Positions 20,366 to 30,194 of a stretch of 64,000 nucleotides of DNA are shown here, piece by piece; the stretch's first letter is position 1, and each line of letters opens with the position of its first letter. Under the pieces are notes generated by a model that saw nothing but the letters and a program-made list of their open reading frames with translations, was not told where the DNA came from and ran no database searches. The stretch is from assembly GCA_934747965.1 (NCBI GenBank), contig CAKVHI010000001.1:65703-129702 (forward strand). The letters are read 5' to 3'. A program made the translations under genes and the position numbers. This DNA is from an uncultured Clostridia bacterium (lineage in GTDB: Bacteria > Bacillota > Clostridia > Christensenellales > UBA1242).

Positions 20366-21577
20366 TTATTCATCTTTTTTTTCTAAACCCGGTTTATCAA
20401 AACTTGTTGCTATTTTTGGATCTAACAAATTATTTGCCTTAAATAGTGCTTTTTTGTTCATTTTTTTATTAATTTCGTAAACTACTTTGTCTACATCATC
20501 TTTTTCCTGCTTTGTTTTGAAAATTGATGATGTCAAAATTCCCGAATCAAAATTTGAAACTTTTAGTCCTAATTGCCTTACTGGATATTGTGGGAAAAAT
20601 TCATAAAATGTTTTTAGTGCCTTGTTTTCAATCACAACAGAATTTCGAGTTGGATATTCAAAACTAACTTGTTTAGAAAATTTTGTTAAATCTTTATACT
20701 TTGCATATACCTTTAAAGTTTTTGCTTCATTAAGATTATACTTTATCATTCTTTTAACGATACTTTCAGCCAAAATAGAAAAACCCAATTCTAAATCTTG
20801 CTTTTTTGACAAATCTTTATAAAAAGTTGTGCTATTGCCTACACTTTTTGGTTTTATATAATTAGAATACAATTCAACTTCTCGTTTATCAAGACCACTG
20901 GCGTAGGCCTTCAAATCTCTGCCAATCTTTCCAAGCAACTTATTAATAAATTCTTCATCTATATTTGCCAAATCTCCTATTGTGTTAATATTACATTTTT
21001 TCAATCTAATTTCTAGGCGCTTTCCCACCCCTATCATTTTTGAAACATCAAGTTTCCAAATTTTTTGTTTAAAATTCGATTCAGTAACCACGCTTATTGC
21101 ATCTGGTTTTTTAAACTCACTTGCAATTTTTGCAAATGTTTTGTTAAAACTTATGCCAATAGACAAAGTTAAATTTAATTTTTGCTTAACTTCGTTTTTT
21201 ATTTTTTCAGCAATGCAAACACTTGACCCAAAAATTTTTGAATTAGTAACATCTAAATAGCACTCATCTATTGAAAATGGCTCTACTTTATCGGTATATT
21301 TCAAATAAATTTCTCTAACTTTTTTTGAATAATAATTATAAAGTTCAAAGTTGCATTCTTTAATAATAATTTTGGGGCATTTCTGTTTTGCTTCAAAAAC
21401 AATATCTCCAACTTTAACTCCATAATCTTTTGCCATATAATTGCAAGCAATAACAACGCCCTTTCGGTCCTCCACACTTCCGCTTACTGCAACGGGTTTA
21501 TTCTTTAATGTTTCATCTCTTGCAGTTTCACAACTAGCATAAAAATTATTCAAATCACACAAAAAAATCTCTCTCAC
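20366..21577 (-). CDS. dinB: DNA polymerase IV (Y-family)
   Basis: CDLNNFYASCE, SIDECYLDVT and the GVGKR HhH region. Confidence 0.9.
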   Translation of the reverse strand: MREIFLCDLNNFYASCETARDETLKNKPVAVSGSVEDRKGVVIACNYMAKDYGVKVGDIVFEAKQKCPKIIIKECNFELYNYYSKKVREIYLKYTDKVEPFSIDECYLDVTNSKIFGSSVCIAEKIKNEVKQKLNLTLSIGISFNKTFAKIASEFKKPDAISVVTESNFKQKIWKLDVSKMIGVGKRLEIRLKKCNINTIGDLANIDEEFINKLLGKIGRDLKAYASGLDKREVELYSNYIKPKSVGNSTTFYKDLSKKQDLELGFSILAESIVKRMIKYNLNEAKTLKVYAKYKDLTKFSKQVSFEYPTRNSVVIENKALKTFYEFFPQYPVRQLGLKVSNFDSGILTSSIFKTKQEKDDVDKVVYEINKKMNKKALFKANNLLDPKIATSFDKPGLEKKDE

Positions 21578-21671
21578 AATTTTATTTTATGAATATAACT
21601 TTTAATTATTTATGTTTCCATATTATCACAAAATTTTATTTCAAAAAATATTATGATATAAGGAGTTTTTT

Positions 21672-22400
21672 ATGCCTAAAAATAATTATTGCGACATTTC
21701 TGATTTTTTACATTTTGGAAAGTTTGTTAAAAGCGACAAGCATAATTTGAAACTAACCGGTCCAACAGGTCCGACTGGTCCAACTGGTCCTTGCGGGGCA
21801 ACTGGTCCTTGCGGAGATAGTGGAATTGACGGGAAAATTGGCCCTATGGGTCCAACCGGTCCAAAAGGTGAAACAGGCGCCACGGGCGAACAAGGCTTAA
21901 TTGGTCCAACTGGTCCCATGGGTCCAACTGGACCTACGGGTCCTGTTGGAGCAACTGGTCCTGCTGGAATTAAAGGCGAAACTGGAGCCACAGGTGAAGC
22001 GGGCAAGATTTCTAATTTGAATGCTACAATTCTTAATATGGCAAGCCAAAATATTTCAACAGGCACTCCGATTTCGATGTTAAAAACTTTAACAAACAAT
22101 GGACTTAAAATTGATAACACATCAATAACTATTCCCGAAAGTGGAACATATCTTGTAACTTTTTATGTAAATCGAGCAACAAACGCAGCTGGAACAGACG
22201 GAATTGCTCTTGCGATTGACGGAGAAATAGACCAAAACACAGCACGACCTTTAAGCGAATCTTCAACCTCTAGCGGACAATTCGTAATGAATTTGTCGCA
22301 AAATAACTCTATTTCTCTCATTCCCGTTATCATGAATGCCACAAAAATTGAAGCAAATGGTGGACCGGGAGCCACTCTGACGGTCATAAAAATTTCATAA
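21672..22400 (+). CDS. Collagen-like triple-helix repeat protein with a globular C-terminal domain (BclA-like layout)
   Basis: About 30 uninterrupted G-X-Y triplets ([17 protein letters not shown]...[10 protein letters not shown]), followed by a ~130-aa non-repetitive domain. Confidence 0.8.
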   Translation: MPKNNYCDISDFLHFGKFVKSDKHNLKLTGPTGPTGPTGPCGATGPCGDSGIDGKIGPMGPTGPKGETGATGEQGLIGPTGPMGPTGPTGPVGATGPAGIKGETGATGEAGKISNLNATILNMASQNISTGTPISMLKTLTNNGLKIDNTSITIPESGTYLVTFYVNRATNAAGTDGIALAIDGEIDQNTARPLSESSTSSGQFVMNLSQNNSISLIPVIMNATKIEANGGPGATLTVIKIS

Positions 22401-23001
22401 ATTATATTTTAGTCAAAGATATTTCTTTGACTTTTTTAAGTCTTTATTTTGAAATTCTATCCACAATAATTCTAAAAAGAACTTGAAGAAAACCAAAAAT
22501 TTGCAAATTTGATAAAACTAGACGGTTCATCCTTTAATATCGCAAAAGTTTAACAAAATACCCTTCTGAACTTTGGCAAAAACAAGACATTGAAGCAAGC
22601 ACAGGTAAAACTGCAACACAAATTGCAGACTTTATATTTAAAAATAAGATTAAATTTAAAAAAATCTCTTAAAAGAGTTTTTTTAATTATATTTTATCTT
22701 ATCAAAAACAACTTCACAAAAATATCTAACACGGAAACATAAAAATTTATGCCAGAATTAGCAACAAAAACAAAGCAAAGCAAAGTTTTTTCAATTTTAA
22801 CACAAACATAAATTAATATTTGTGAATTATAAAAAAAGTTTGACAATATTCAATTTTTCATTTATACTATTTTCGTTTTAAACTTAATACAATTTTAACA
22901 GTAAATTTTGCACATTAATATGTAAAACACACAAACTAATAAAAATTTACTCAGCCAAACAACAAAATTAAACTCAATCTAAAAGACTATCTAATAAATC
23001 T

Positions 23002-23039
23002 GCTGGTGTGGCTCAGCGGTAGAGCACCACCTTGGTAAG
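23002..23039 (+). pseudogene. 5' half of a disrupted tRNA-Thr gene (acceptor 5' strand GCTGGTG through the anticodon loop TTGGTAA)
   Basis: gctggtgtggctcagcggtagagcaccaccttggtaag aligns with the first 38 nt of the complete tRNA 100 bp downstream. Similarity stops abruptly after TTGGTAAG. Confidence 0.8.
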
Positions 23040-23101
23040 ATTTGAAATGCCTAAAATTACCGACTTAAAAACTTTATAAATTAGCCTATTTTTATAGATA
23101 T

Positions 23102-23176
23102 GCTACTGTGGCTCAGCGGTAGAGCACTGCCTTGGTAAGGCAGGGGTCACGGGTCCGATTCCCGTCAGTAGCTCCA
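23102..23176 (+). tRNA. tRNA-Thr (anticodon GGT), complete, CCA encoded
   Basis: A hand-folded cloverleaf. Acceptor GCTACTG/CAGTAGC; D arm GCTC-AGCGGTA-GAGC; anticodon arm CTGCC-TTGGTAA-GGCAG; T arm ACGGG-TCCGATT-CCCGT. A hairpin terminator follows. Confidence 0.85.
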
Positions 23177-23305
23177 CTTATTAAAAATCGCTAAAACCCT
23201 TTATTTTCCTAGGGTTTTGGCGATTTTTTTTCTCATTTTTTAACAAAATTTTTTAGGTAAAAAAATATTTGCTGTCAATTTTTGGTGCAATTGCTGTCAA
23301 ATTAT

Positions 23306-24673
23306 TTACATCTCAAAATCTTTTTCTTTTCTTCTGCGTTTGCGTTCTTGCAATTTTTCAAGTTCACGAATTTGGCGTTCTATTTCTTCATCAGATAATT
23401 CATCATCAATTTCTTGTTCAACTTCTCGCTCTTGTTCATGCTCTTGGATTTTGGTGTTTAATCTATCGGTGGCTTCTCTTACATATTCACTATTAACCGA
23501 GTTGTAGACAGTGATTGTAGTTTTCACATCACGGTGTCCTAAAAGTTGTTGAATTACTTTCGGGTTTTCATTCATTTCAAAAAGCATATTTGAGAAAGTA
23601 TGACGAAGTCCGTGAAAGTGAATGTGGTATTTATTTAGTCCGTTTCTTCGTTTAAACCTATCAAAGATTACCCTTGTGCCATAATAAGTTCTATAACTTC
23701 CATTATCATTAGCAAATACAAATGAAGTCGGTGCAGTTAAAATTGCTGTTACATTTGGATTAGTTTCTTGTCTTTTACTTTGTTTTTCTTTCCATCGTTT
23801 TAAGGTTTCTAGGACAATATCCGTAACAGGAATATCTCTAACACTACAAGCAGTTTTCGTGTCACCAATAACAGTTGTGCGGTCTTTAACATTGCCTTGC
23901 TCATCAAACTTTAAAGTTTGAGTAATTGCTCTTTCAATTTTTATTGTCTTATTTGCAAAGTCAATGTTTTTCCATTTAAGTGACAGAGCTTCACCAATAC
24001 GAAGCCCAGCAAACATTAAAGTAATGCAAAGTGGTTTGATAAAGTTTGCTTCATCTTTATTTAATGCATCTAAAAATTTATCTCTTATTTCAGGTGGCAA
24101 GGCTTTATATCTTTCATCACCATCTTCTTCATAGACATTTCTTTTGCCTTTAACCTTTACTTTCAAAGTTGGGTTGGTGTATATCCATTTATTTTCAATG
24201 GAATACTCAAAAAATTGATTTAATAAATGTTTACACTTCTTTATGGTGTCCACGCTATAACCTTGGTCTAAAAGAATATTTACGAATTTTTGAATTGTGT
24301 AATTGTCAATTTCATAGACTTTCATTTTGCCGATATGTGGAACAATATGCAACTTAAAGTTTCTAATATTACCTTCAAAAGTTCGTGGACTTACAGTGCT
24401 TTTTTTGAATGTCATAAGATATTCAAACATCATTTTTTCAAGGTTGCTATTTTCAACAAGTCCGTAAGAATTGCTTTTAACTCTACCACTTATTTCAGAT
24501 AATTTTTTAGCAACTTCAGCTTGTGTTTTTCCATAAATTGTTTTTCTAATAATCTTGCCGTTTTCATCATAGCCCATAGTTAAGGCTCCGCCCCAACGAC
24601 CATCGCTTCTTTGAAATATTGAGCCTTCGTTGTTGGCTCTGCGAGTTTTGCTTACAACTTTCTTTCTAGCCAT
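23306..24673 (-). CDS. int: Tyrosine recombinase / phage-type integrase
   Basis: AGLRIGE, HGLRHTF and LLGHRDVKTTITVY (catalytic Tyr). It also has an unusual ~60-aa highly charged E/R/K-rich C-terminal tail. Confidence 0.9.
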   Translation of the reverse strand: MARKKVVSKTRRANNEGSIFQRSDGRWGGALTMGYDENGKIIRKTIYGKTQAEVAKKLSEISGRVKSNSYGLVENSNLEKMMFEYLMTFKKSTVSPRTFEGNIRNFKLHIVPHIGKMKVYEIDNYTIQKFVNILLDQGYSVDTIKKCKHLLNQFFEYSIENKWIYTNPTLKVKVKGKRNVYEEDGDERYKALPPEIRDKFLDALNKDEANFIKPLCITLMFAGLRIGEALSLKWKNIDFANKTIKIERAITQTLKFDEQGNVKDRTTVIGDTKTACSVRDIPVTDIVLETLKRWKEKQSKRQETNPNVTAILTAPTSFVFANDNGSYRTYYGTRVIFDRFKRRNGLNKYHIHFHGLRHTFSNMLFEMNENPKVIQQLLGHRDVKTTITVYNSVNSEYVREATDRLNTKIQEHEQEREVEQEIDDELSDEEIERQIRELEKLQERKRRRKEKDFEM

Positions 24674-24929
24674 TTTGCACCTCGCTTTGGTTGTTGTTTA
24701 GTGTGAGCCAAGTAACAAAATTTAGCACACTCACAACTTGTCGTTTGCCAACTTTGGTTGTTGGGAAAGATTTGCTTCTAAGCAAGTTCCTAACATTATC
24801 TCTGCCAAGTCCAGTAATTTTGATAAGGTCTTCGCAATCCAAAAAATCTTTGTTGTATTTAGTTGAAATTCGGTCAACTTCCGATTGTATTAAGTTGTTT
24901 AAATTTAGATTTGTATTGTTTAAATTCAT
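24666..24929 (-). CDS. xis: Excisionase-type HTH DNA-binding protein
   Basis: An 87-aa protein with an 8-nt overlap with int. The HTH string is LIKITGLGRDNVRNLLRSKSFPTTKVGKRQVV. Confidence 0.6.
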   Translation of the reverse strand: MNLNNTNLNLNNLIQSEVDRISTKYNKDFLDCEDLIKITGLGRDNVRNLLRSKSFPTTKVGKRQVVSVLNFVTWLTLNNNQSEVQNG

Positions 24930-25220
24930 AGTTTAATTTTCCTTTCATAGTTTAAATTTAACTCCTTTCTAAAACATATTTTTTATCTCTTTCTAAATCT
25001 AAATTTATTAAAATCTATTCGCATCGAGCGTAATAGAAGTAGCAACTTTGTTGCCAGTAAGAAGTGTTGGGTATCCCAACAGCTTCCAAAAATGACGAGT
25101 AAACATAGTAAATTTAAGTGTATCAGTTAAAAGTGCCGATTTTATCGGGCTTTTACGCACTAAATTTAGTAATTGTTTCTCGCTTATGCTCTATACTAAA
25201 TATCTACCTAAAATGCTATT

Positions 25221-25682
25221 CTACATCTCAAAATCACTAGATAAATAGCCTTCATCAATGAGTGTTTTAATTCGCATTTCTTCCAGCTTTCTCATATAGT
25301 CCTGAAAACACTTAATTGCTTCGTATTCACACTTTGAATTTAGGTACATACAATGTTCAAGTTCTTTCCAAAGTTTGTCTTTTTGCATTCGCTTTTGGAC
25401 TACATATTTTGCGTTAAGTTTTAATCTTTCAATCTCTTGACCTTTCAAACTTTTAGCACTTTCAATCACCAAATTCCCAAGCCTGCGATACAAGTCTTTT
25501 GTATATTTTTCACTCAGATTTTGTTGTGGTTTTGGGGCGCCATTTCGCTTGCAGTAACTATCTACCAATTTTTGTTTTTCTTCCACAAGGTCATCAAAAT
25601 CATTTTTGTAAATACTAATATCAACATTATGGGAGATAATATAGTTTGAAATGTTGTCAATATTTGGTTTGATTTTTTGCAT
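25221..25682 (-). CDS. Hypothetical protein (island mob module)
   Basis: An ORF in an operon-like arrangement, with a hairpin plus T-run downstream at about 25136-25160. No recognised motifs. Confidence 0.4.
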   Translation of the reverse strand: MQKIKPNIDNISNYIISHNVDISIYKNDFDDLVEEKQKLVDSYCKRNGAPKPQQNLSEKYTKDLYRRLGNLVIESAKSLKGQEIERLKLNAKYVVQKRMQKDKLWKELEHCMYLNSKCEYEAIKCFQDYMRKLEEMRIKTLIDEGYLSSDFEM

Positions 25683-25709
25683 ATTATCGCAGTCGTAAAA
25701 TGTGTGTCC

Positions 25710-26420
25710 TTACTCTGGAAATTGATTTGCTAAATCTAGTAGCATTTGCTTTAATTTAAGCCCAGAAACATCGTTTAATCGCCCTTTAACACTCTTAGTT
25801 AGTCTTAACCTTATTTCTTTCTCACGAGCCTTAAAATCGGTTGCAGAGAGTTCAATATTGGCTTTCAAAAAATCCATTGCATTGTTTGAAATATAGCCAC
25901 GAGAAAAATGCTTTTCTTTGTTTTTCATTCGCTGTGGTTCTTTCTCAAAAAACAACAAATGAATATGTCTATTGTCAGTATTCTCGTGTAGTCCAGCAAA
26001 CCACTCTATATTGTCGGGATTTAGTCCAGCCCGTTTGAAATATCTTGGCAGTTCGCTTTTTACAAGTTCGTAAGCTTGTTCATAACAGCCACACCATTTC
26101 TTGCCAAAGTTTTCTTCAAAGGAAATAATGCCGGACCAAATAACCGATTTAGTTTCTCTTAAATTCTTTCTAAAATCTGCAATTTGTTCTTTGCTCATAA
26201 GTCCATTTTGGTTAAAGATTCCACTAGACTTTGTGCTGTTGTTTGAATACTCAACAAAGTCCAATTTTTCCAAATCTTTAATGCCAGTAGCAACATATTT
26301 TAGGTAGTCGTCATACTTGTTAGATGAGTAATAATTTCGCTTGTCTTGATTGGTTTTGTCTTTGTAGTTAGGCAAAAAGAACTCTTGTTTGTAAACCACA
26401 TTTGGAACTTTATCTAACAT
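25710..26420 (-). CDS. MobL-like relaxase (short form)
   Basis: The histidine triad-like LHENTDNRHIHLLFFE (H-x-D/E...H-x-H) and SGIFNQNGLMS / VIWSGIISFEE resemble Firmicutes MobL relaxases. Confidence 0.5.
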   Translation of the reverse strand: MLDKVPNVVYKQEFFLPNYKDKTNQDKRNYYSSNKYDDYLKYVATGIKDLEKLDFVEYSNNSTKSSGIFNQNGLMSKEQIADFRKNLRETKSVIWSGIISFEENFGKKWCGCYEQAYELVKSELPRYFKRAGLNPDNIEWFAGLHENTDNRHIHLLFFEKEPQRMKNKEKHFSRGYISNNAMDFLKANIELSATDFKAREKEIRLRLTKSVKGRLNDVSGLKLKQMLLDLANQFPE

Positions 26421-26871
26421 CTATTAGCTCCCTTAAAATCCTATCTCGTTCGGTGTCAATTCCATTTTCATCTAGTGGTTCATATTTCCATCCTTGCGAG
26501 TAAGCGTTTAGATTTATAGGGCTTTGTTTGTTGAGTAGTTTAGTGATTAAATTAAGCAGTGCTTGATTTATTCTCACATTTGCATTAGTATCCACAAAGT
26601 CCATTTTTTGGTTTGCAGATATGGTTGTGAGTTTGTCGTTTATCTCTTGCAAACTTTTTCTAATCTCGCTGAAATTTATGCTTTGGTTGAGTACATTATC
26701 TCCAAGCATTTTGTCAGCACCAAGCAAAGCAAAATATTTTATAGCGTCATTTAGGCTATCAAACTTGTCCTTAAACTTTTCAAGCGCTCGCTTAAAAATC
26801 TCATACTCATCTTGACTGTAAACTCTAATCATATATTGAGTTTTCAAATCTTTTGTTTTAATTCTAGCCAT
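26410..26871 (-). CDS. Hypothetical protein, possible relaxosome accessory (RHH-like N-terminus)
   Basis: An 11-nt overlap with the relaxase gene. The N-terminal TQYMIRVYSQDEYEIFKRALEKF looks like a ribbon-helix-helix beta strand plus helix. Confidence 0.3.
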   Translation of the reverse strand: MARIKTKDLKTQYMIRVYSQDEYEIFKRALEKFKDKFDSLNDAIKYFALLGADKMLGDNVLNQSINFSEIRKSLQEINDKLTTISANQKMDFVDTNANVRINQALLNLITKLLNKQSPINLNAYSQGWKYEPLDENGIDTERDRILRELIDVR

Positions 26872-27165
26872 TTTAGCCTCCTAATTATTTTCTAGTCTTT
26901 CTACATCTCTTTCTATTTCTAATTAAAGGGGCAATGATTGTTTTTGTTTGCTTTTACATTTTTAAAATCCTCCTTTTGTTTGAATTTACTTACACGAAAA
27001 AATACCTATCGGGGTAATAGGCAATATTTCGTTTTATCTCTTTCTACTAAATTTTTAATAAGAAAAAAACAATCTTGTAGTTCTGCAAACCAGTTTTCTT
27101 TCTTTATTAAATTTTCTTTCTTTATCTAACAAAACAAGAAAATATATATTTTTATTATTATATAT

Positions 27166-27209
27166 AAGAGTGGGGACGAACTCATTTAAGAGTGGGGACG
27201 AACTCATTT
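27166..27209. repeat. Perfect tandem duplication, 2 x 22 bp (AAGAGTGGGGACGAACTCATTT)
   Basis: Read directly: 27166-27187 is identical to 27188-27209. It is flanked by three copies of TTTGTTAGA(T/G) at 27124-27133 (reverse complement), 27213-27222 and 27272-27280. Confidence 0.9.
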
Positions 27210-27417
27210 TTCTTTGTTAGATATAAAAGTGTGTTTAGGTTGCTGACTTGAAAAAATTGCATTATTTTTTCTTTGTTAGAGATATTGCGGGAGCAAAGAA
27301 AAAGAACTATCTTTTGACAGTTCTTTGCTAATATATTTAGCTCCTACATATATAAGGACATTTTAAAGTGAAAAATTAAGTATCTTTTTTGAAAAATTTA
27401 TAAATTTTTTATTTTTT

Positions 27418-28167
27418 TTATTTTATTATTAATTGATTGCCTTTTCCTTCCAAATCAGTAATAAAATTATCTACCATTTTTAAGACTTGCACAACATTTC
27501 CTTTAAAGTTCTTTAAGTTTTCAAAATGTGCTTCAATGCCATAATCAGCAAAGGTTTTATTTGTTTGTTTTATCCAATTATCATCAAGGTTAGAATAATC
27601 TATTTGTTTGGATAATTGTTCTCTAATGCTCATATTTGATTTGGTCATAATGCTGTGGGTTATTGCTTTTCTTATTTCTTTTATAAGATTTTTAACTTCA
27701 TTTAAGTCAATAGAAAGCATTCCTTTTTGTCTTACTTCTCGCAAATAGGCATTAAACAGATATTCAGCTTCAGATTGAAATTTATCATAAAAGGAAGATT
27801 GAGAAAATATTTCGTTGTTACATAGTATTGTTCGATAATTGTATATAATTTTTTCAAGCCTTTGATTTATTGCACTTGAGCTAATATTAAAATTTTTAGC
27901 AATAAGATTTTGTTTTATACCGGAAAGATATTGACACAAAATCAACTTGTCTTGTCCTTGCAATTTTGCCAAGCTTTCTTTCAAAATTTGTTTATCTATC
28001 TTTGCCACCATTTGGTCAACAATATCCATATTTTCATGCAATGAATGTTCGTTTAAATATCTTTCCAAATAGTCTTGACTTTGCCCACCTTGGATAGTAG
28101 AAAAATTAACTTCATGTCTTCTAATTTTTCTTTCTAAACTTTCTTCTTTGATTTCTTTTTCTCCCAT
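27418..28167 (-). CDS. HTH protein with a sigma-70 region-4-like segment
   Basis: LILCQYLSGIKQNLIAKNFNISSSAINQRLEKI. It has its own extended -10 (TGGTATAAT, reverse complement at 28186-28194) and an AGAGGT RBS before MGEKE. Confidence 0.5.
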   Translation of the reverse strand: MGEKEIKEESLERKIRRHEVNFSTIQGGQSQDYLERYLNEHSLHENMDIVDQMVAKIDKQILKESLAKLQGQDKLILCQYLSGIKQNLIAKNFNISSSAINQRLEKIIYNYRTILCNNEIFSQSSFYDKFQSEAEYLFNAYLREVRQKGMLSIDLNEVKNLIKEIRKAITHSIMTKSNMSIREQLSKQIDYSNLDDNWIKQTNKTFADYGIEAHFENLKNFKGNVVQVLKMVDNFITDLEGKGNQLIIK

Positions 28168-28271
28168 ATTGATACCTCTAAATTCATTATACCATAAATT
28201 AATCAAAAGCATTGGGGTTTTAGCATAAAATTATAAAAACACTCAATCGTTTAAAATTGAGTGTTTGCTAT

Positions 28272-30179
28272 TTAATTAGATTTCATTTCTAATTGATGAG
28301 GTTCTTTTAAAGCTCTATCAATTATATTTTCAGTACTTATATTATCATAATGTTCTCTTAAAGAATCTCTTAATTTAAATAATCTGTTTCTAGATGTCTC
28401 TATTAATTGGCCAAATGTTACAGCGAAAATCCGACCACTTGATGTTTCTTTTTTAGCATCGATATCTCCAAGTGTATTGCCGACAACATAAGCTGTAATT
28501 TCTGCATCTTTATGTAATACTGCACTTTTTTTAATTTGTCTAACATAATATTCTACTTGTGCAACTTCTTCTGGAGTAATTTCAAACCCTCCACGTTTAA
28601 CTTCAATTATTAGGATTTGATCTGGTTTCATTAATTTAGCATCACTGTCCATTTTATCAGAACACACTGCTTTTAATGAATATTTTTTTAAACAAACAAT
28701 ATCAGGTCTCTTTTTAGAATTTTCTATTTCGGTTAAATCATAATCTTCATCTTTAAACAATTCTTTCACAACCGTTGAAAGTGTTTTATTTGATGTAAAC
28801 ATTGGAGAATCAAACTCGGCACCAAATAGCCATCTTGAATTTAAAATAATTGGGTGGATAGTATGTAACTCATCTATAGTTTTATCTTCTCCTAATCTTT
28901 CAAGTGTCTCAATTACAACAATTCTTTTATCAATTTCATCTAAAACAGTTGCAATATCCTCAATCGTCCATTCATTAAGTATATCCGATAATTTGTTTAA
29001 AGAATCTTCTTCCATCGAATTTAATTGTTGAAGAAGTCTTTCTCCGTTTTTTGATTTTTCAATTTTTGCAAAAGTTTCAACTGCAAGTTTCAAAAATTCC
29101 GGATTTATGACTGGATTTTGTTCAGTAATTTCTTCAAGAAATTTAGATATGTCACGTTTGCCAGAAATACTTAAACCTTCAACTTCATCACGTACACCTT
29201 TAATAATATCATATTGTACGGATTCAATTTGGTCTTTCATAATCATTTTAATCAATTTATTGATATATGGTTCTAATCTATCAAAAAAGTTATTAGTAGT
29301 ATCATTATTATAAAATCCTGACCAATCTGGCAAAATGAATTCTTCTATATCATCCGATTTTATAACAATTGTGTATTTTTTAGCTAATCTTAACCTACCA
29401 TCTATAAATTGAATATTATTATAAGACCAAGATGGACTACCGACTAAACGATTACTAACCCAAAAAGCAAGTCCATGTTGCTGATTTTTAATTGCTGTTT
29501 TTGTTGAGTCAATCATTATAATTTTTAAATTGTATTTATTTAACAATGTTATTTCTTCTTGATAAACAATTCCTTTATGCTCCATCAAATCTATTTGATT
29601 TCCATTAAGTTTTACTGAAAATTGTGGGTCATACAAAAATCGTACGGATAAAATTTCCTTAATTTGTTCAAAATCAGGTACATGTCTGCTAATTTCAGTA
29701 CTTATTTTTGTACCATGTCCTTTTTTCTCGCTTATTTGATGCTCCGTAATTTTATATGGAGCATCTCCTTCACTTATTTCGATTTTATATTTATTTAATA
29801 TACCATCTTTCCAAGTTTCAACAAAATAATAATCTGAGAAACAAAGCATACCATGTCTACCAATTCCGTTTCTTCCATAAGGTTTGCGAATTGTTTTGTC
29901 GTCAGCATTTGGGAATACTACATTATCACCTTGTTGTTTTCTGCGATTATAGTTTAAAGTCATCCATCTAGCACGAAATTCTTCATCAGTCATTCCAGTC
30001 CCATCGTCTTCAATAGAAATTGTTTGTCCTATTTCATATGGGATTCTAATATCAACATTATAGGCTCCAGCATCCCATGAATTTGAAATAAACTCTGTTA
30101 AAGCAATATCAGGAATAGATGTGATATTTTTATGATTTCTAAACAAATATCCTTGTTCAAATCTTATTCCATTACTCAT
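28272..30179 (-). CDS. GHKL (MORC/HATPase_c_3-like) ATPase fused to a C-terminal PD-(D/E)xK nuclease-like domain
   Basis: GHKL N-box EFISNSWDAGA, G1 box EDDGTGM and G2 box GRNGIGRHG. The C-terminus has WLFGAEF ... RPDIVCL ... ILIIEVKRGG (D...E-x-K), reminiscent of Shedu/DUF4263-type nuclease domains. Confidence 0.7.
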   Translation of the reverse strand: MSNGIRFEQGYLFRNHKNITSIPDIALTEFISNSWDAGAYNVDIRIPYEIGQTISIEDDGTGMTDEEFRARWMTLNYNRRKQQGDNVVFPNADDKTIRKPYGRNGIGRHGMLCFSDYYFVETWKDGILNKYKIEISEGDAPYKITEHQISEKKGHGTKISTEISRHVPDFEQIKEILSVRFLYDPQFSVKLNGNQIDLMEHKGIVYQEEITLLNKYNLKIIMIDSTKTAIKNQQHGLAFWVSNRLVGSPSWSYNNIQFIDGRLRLAKKYTIVIKSDDIEEFILPDWSGFYNNDTTNNFFDRLEPYINKLIKMIMKDQIESVQYDIIKGVRDEVEGLSISGKRDISKFLEEITEQNPVINPEFLKLAVETFAKIEKSKNGERLLQQLNSMEEDSLNKLSDILNEWTIEDIATVLDEIDKRIVVIETLERLGEDKTIDELHTIHPIILNSRWLFGAEFDSPMFTSNKTLSTVVKELFKDEDYDLTEIENSKKRPDIVCLKKYSLKAVCSDKMDSDAKLMKPDQILIIEVKRGGFEITPEEVAQVEYYVRQIKKSAVLHKDAEITAYVVGNTLGDIDAKKETSSGRIFAVTFGQLIETSRNRLFKLRDSLREHYDNISTENIIDRALKEPHQLEMKSN

Positions 30180-30194
30180 TTAAAATCCTCCATA

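Noticed and set aside
21686-22387. Two minus-strand ORFs (144 aa and 74 aa) antisense to the collagen-like gene
   Set aside because: The 144-aa product is a mirror-image P/V/G repeat, generated automatically by the (GGN CCN ACN)n periodicity of the sense strand. Neither ORF has an RBS or an independent signal.
23002-23101. Intron-containing or permuted tRNA explaining the tRNA 5' half
   Set aside because: The 62 nt after the break are unstructured AT-rich sequence, followed by an independent complete tRNA. The matching 3' half lies 16.4 kb away, so disruption by the island is the simpler reading.
27166-27209. Possible CRISPR array or minisatellite
   Set aside because: There are only two adjacent 22-bp units with no spacers. 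No cas genes occur in the window, and no other copies were seen.
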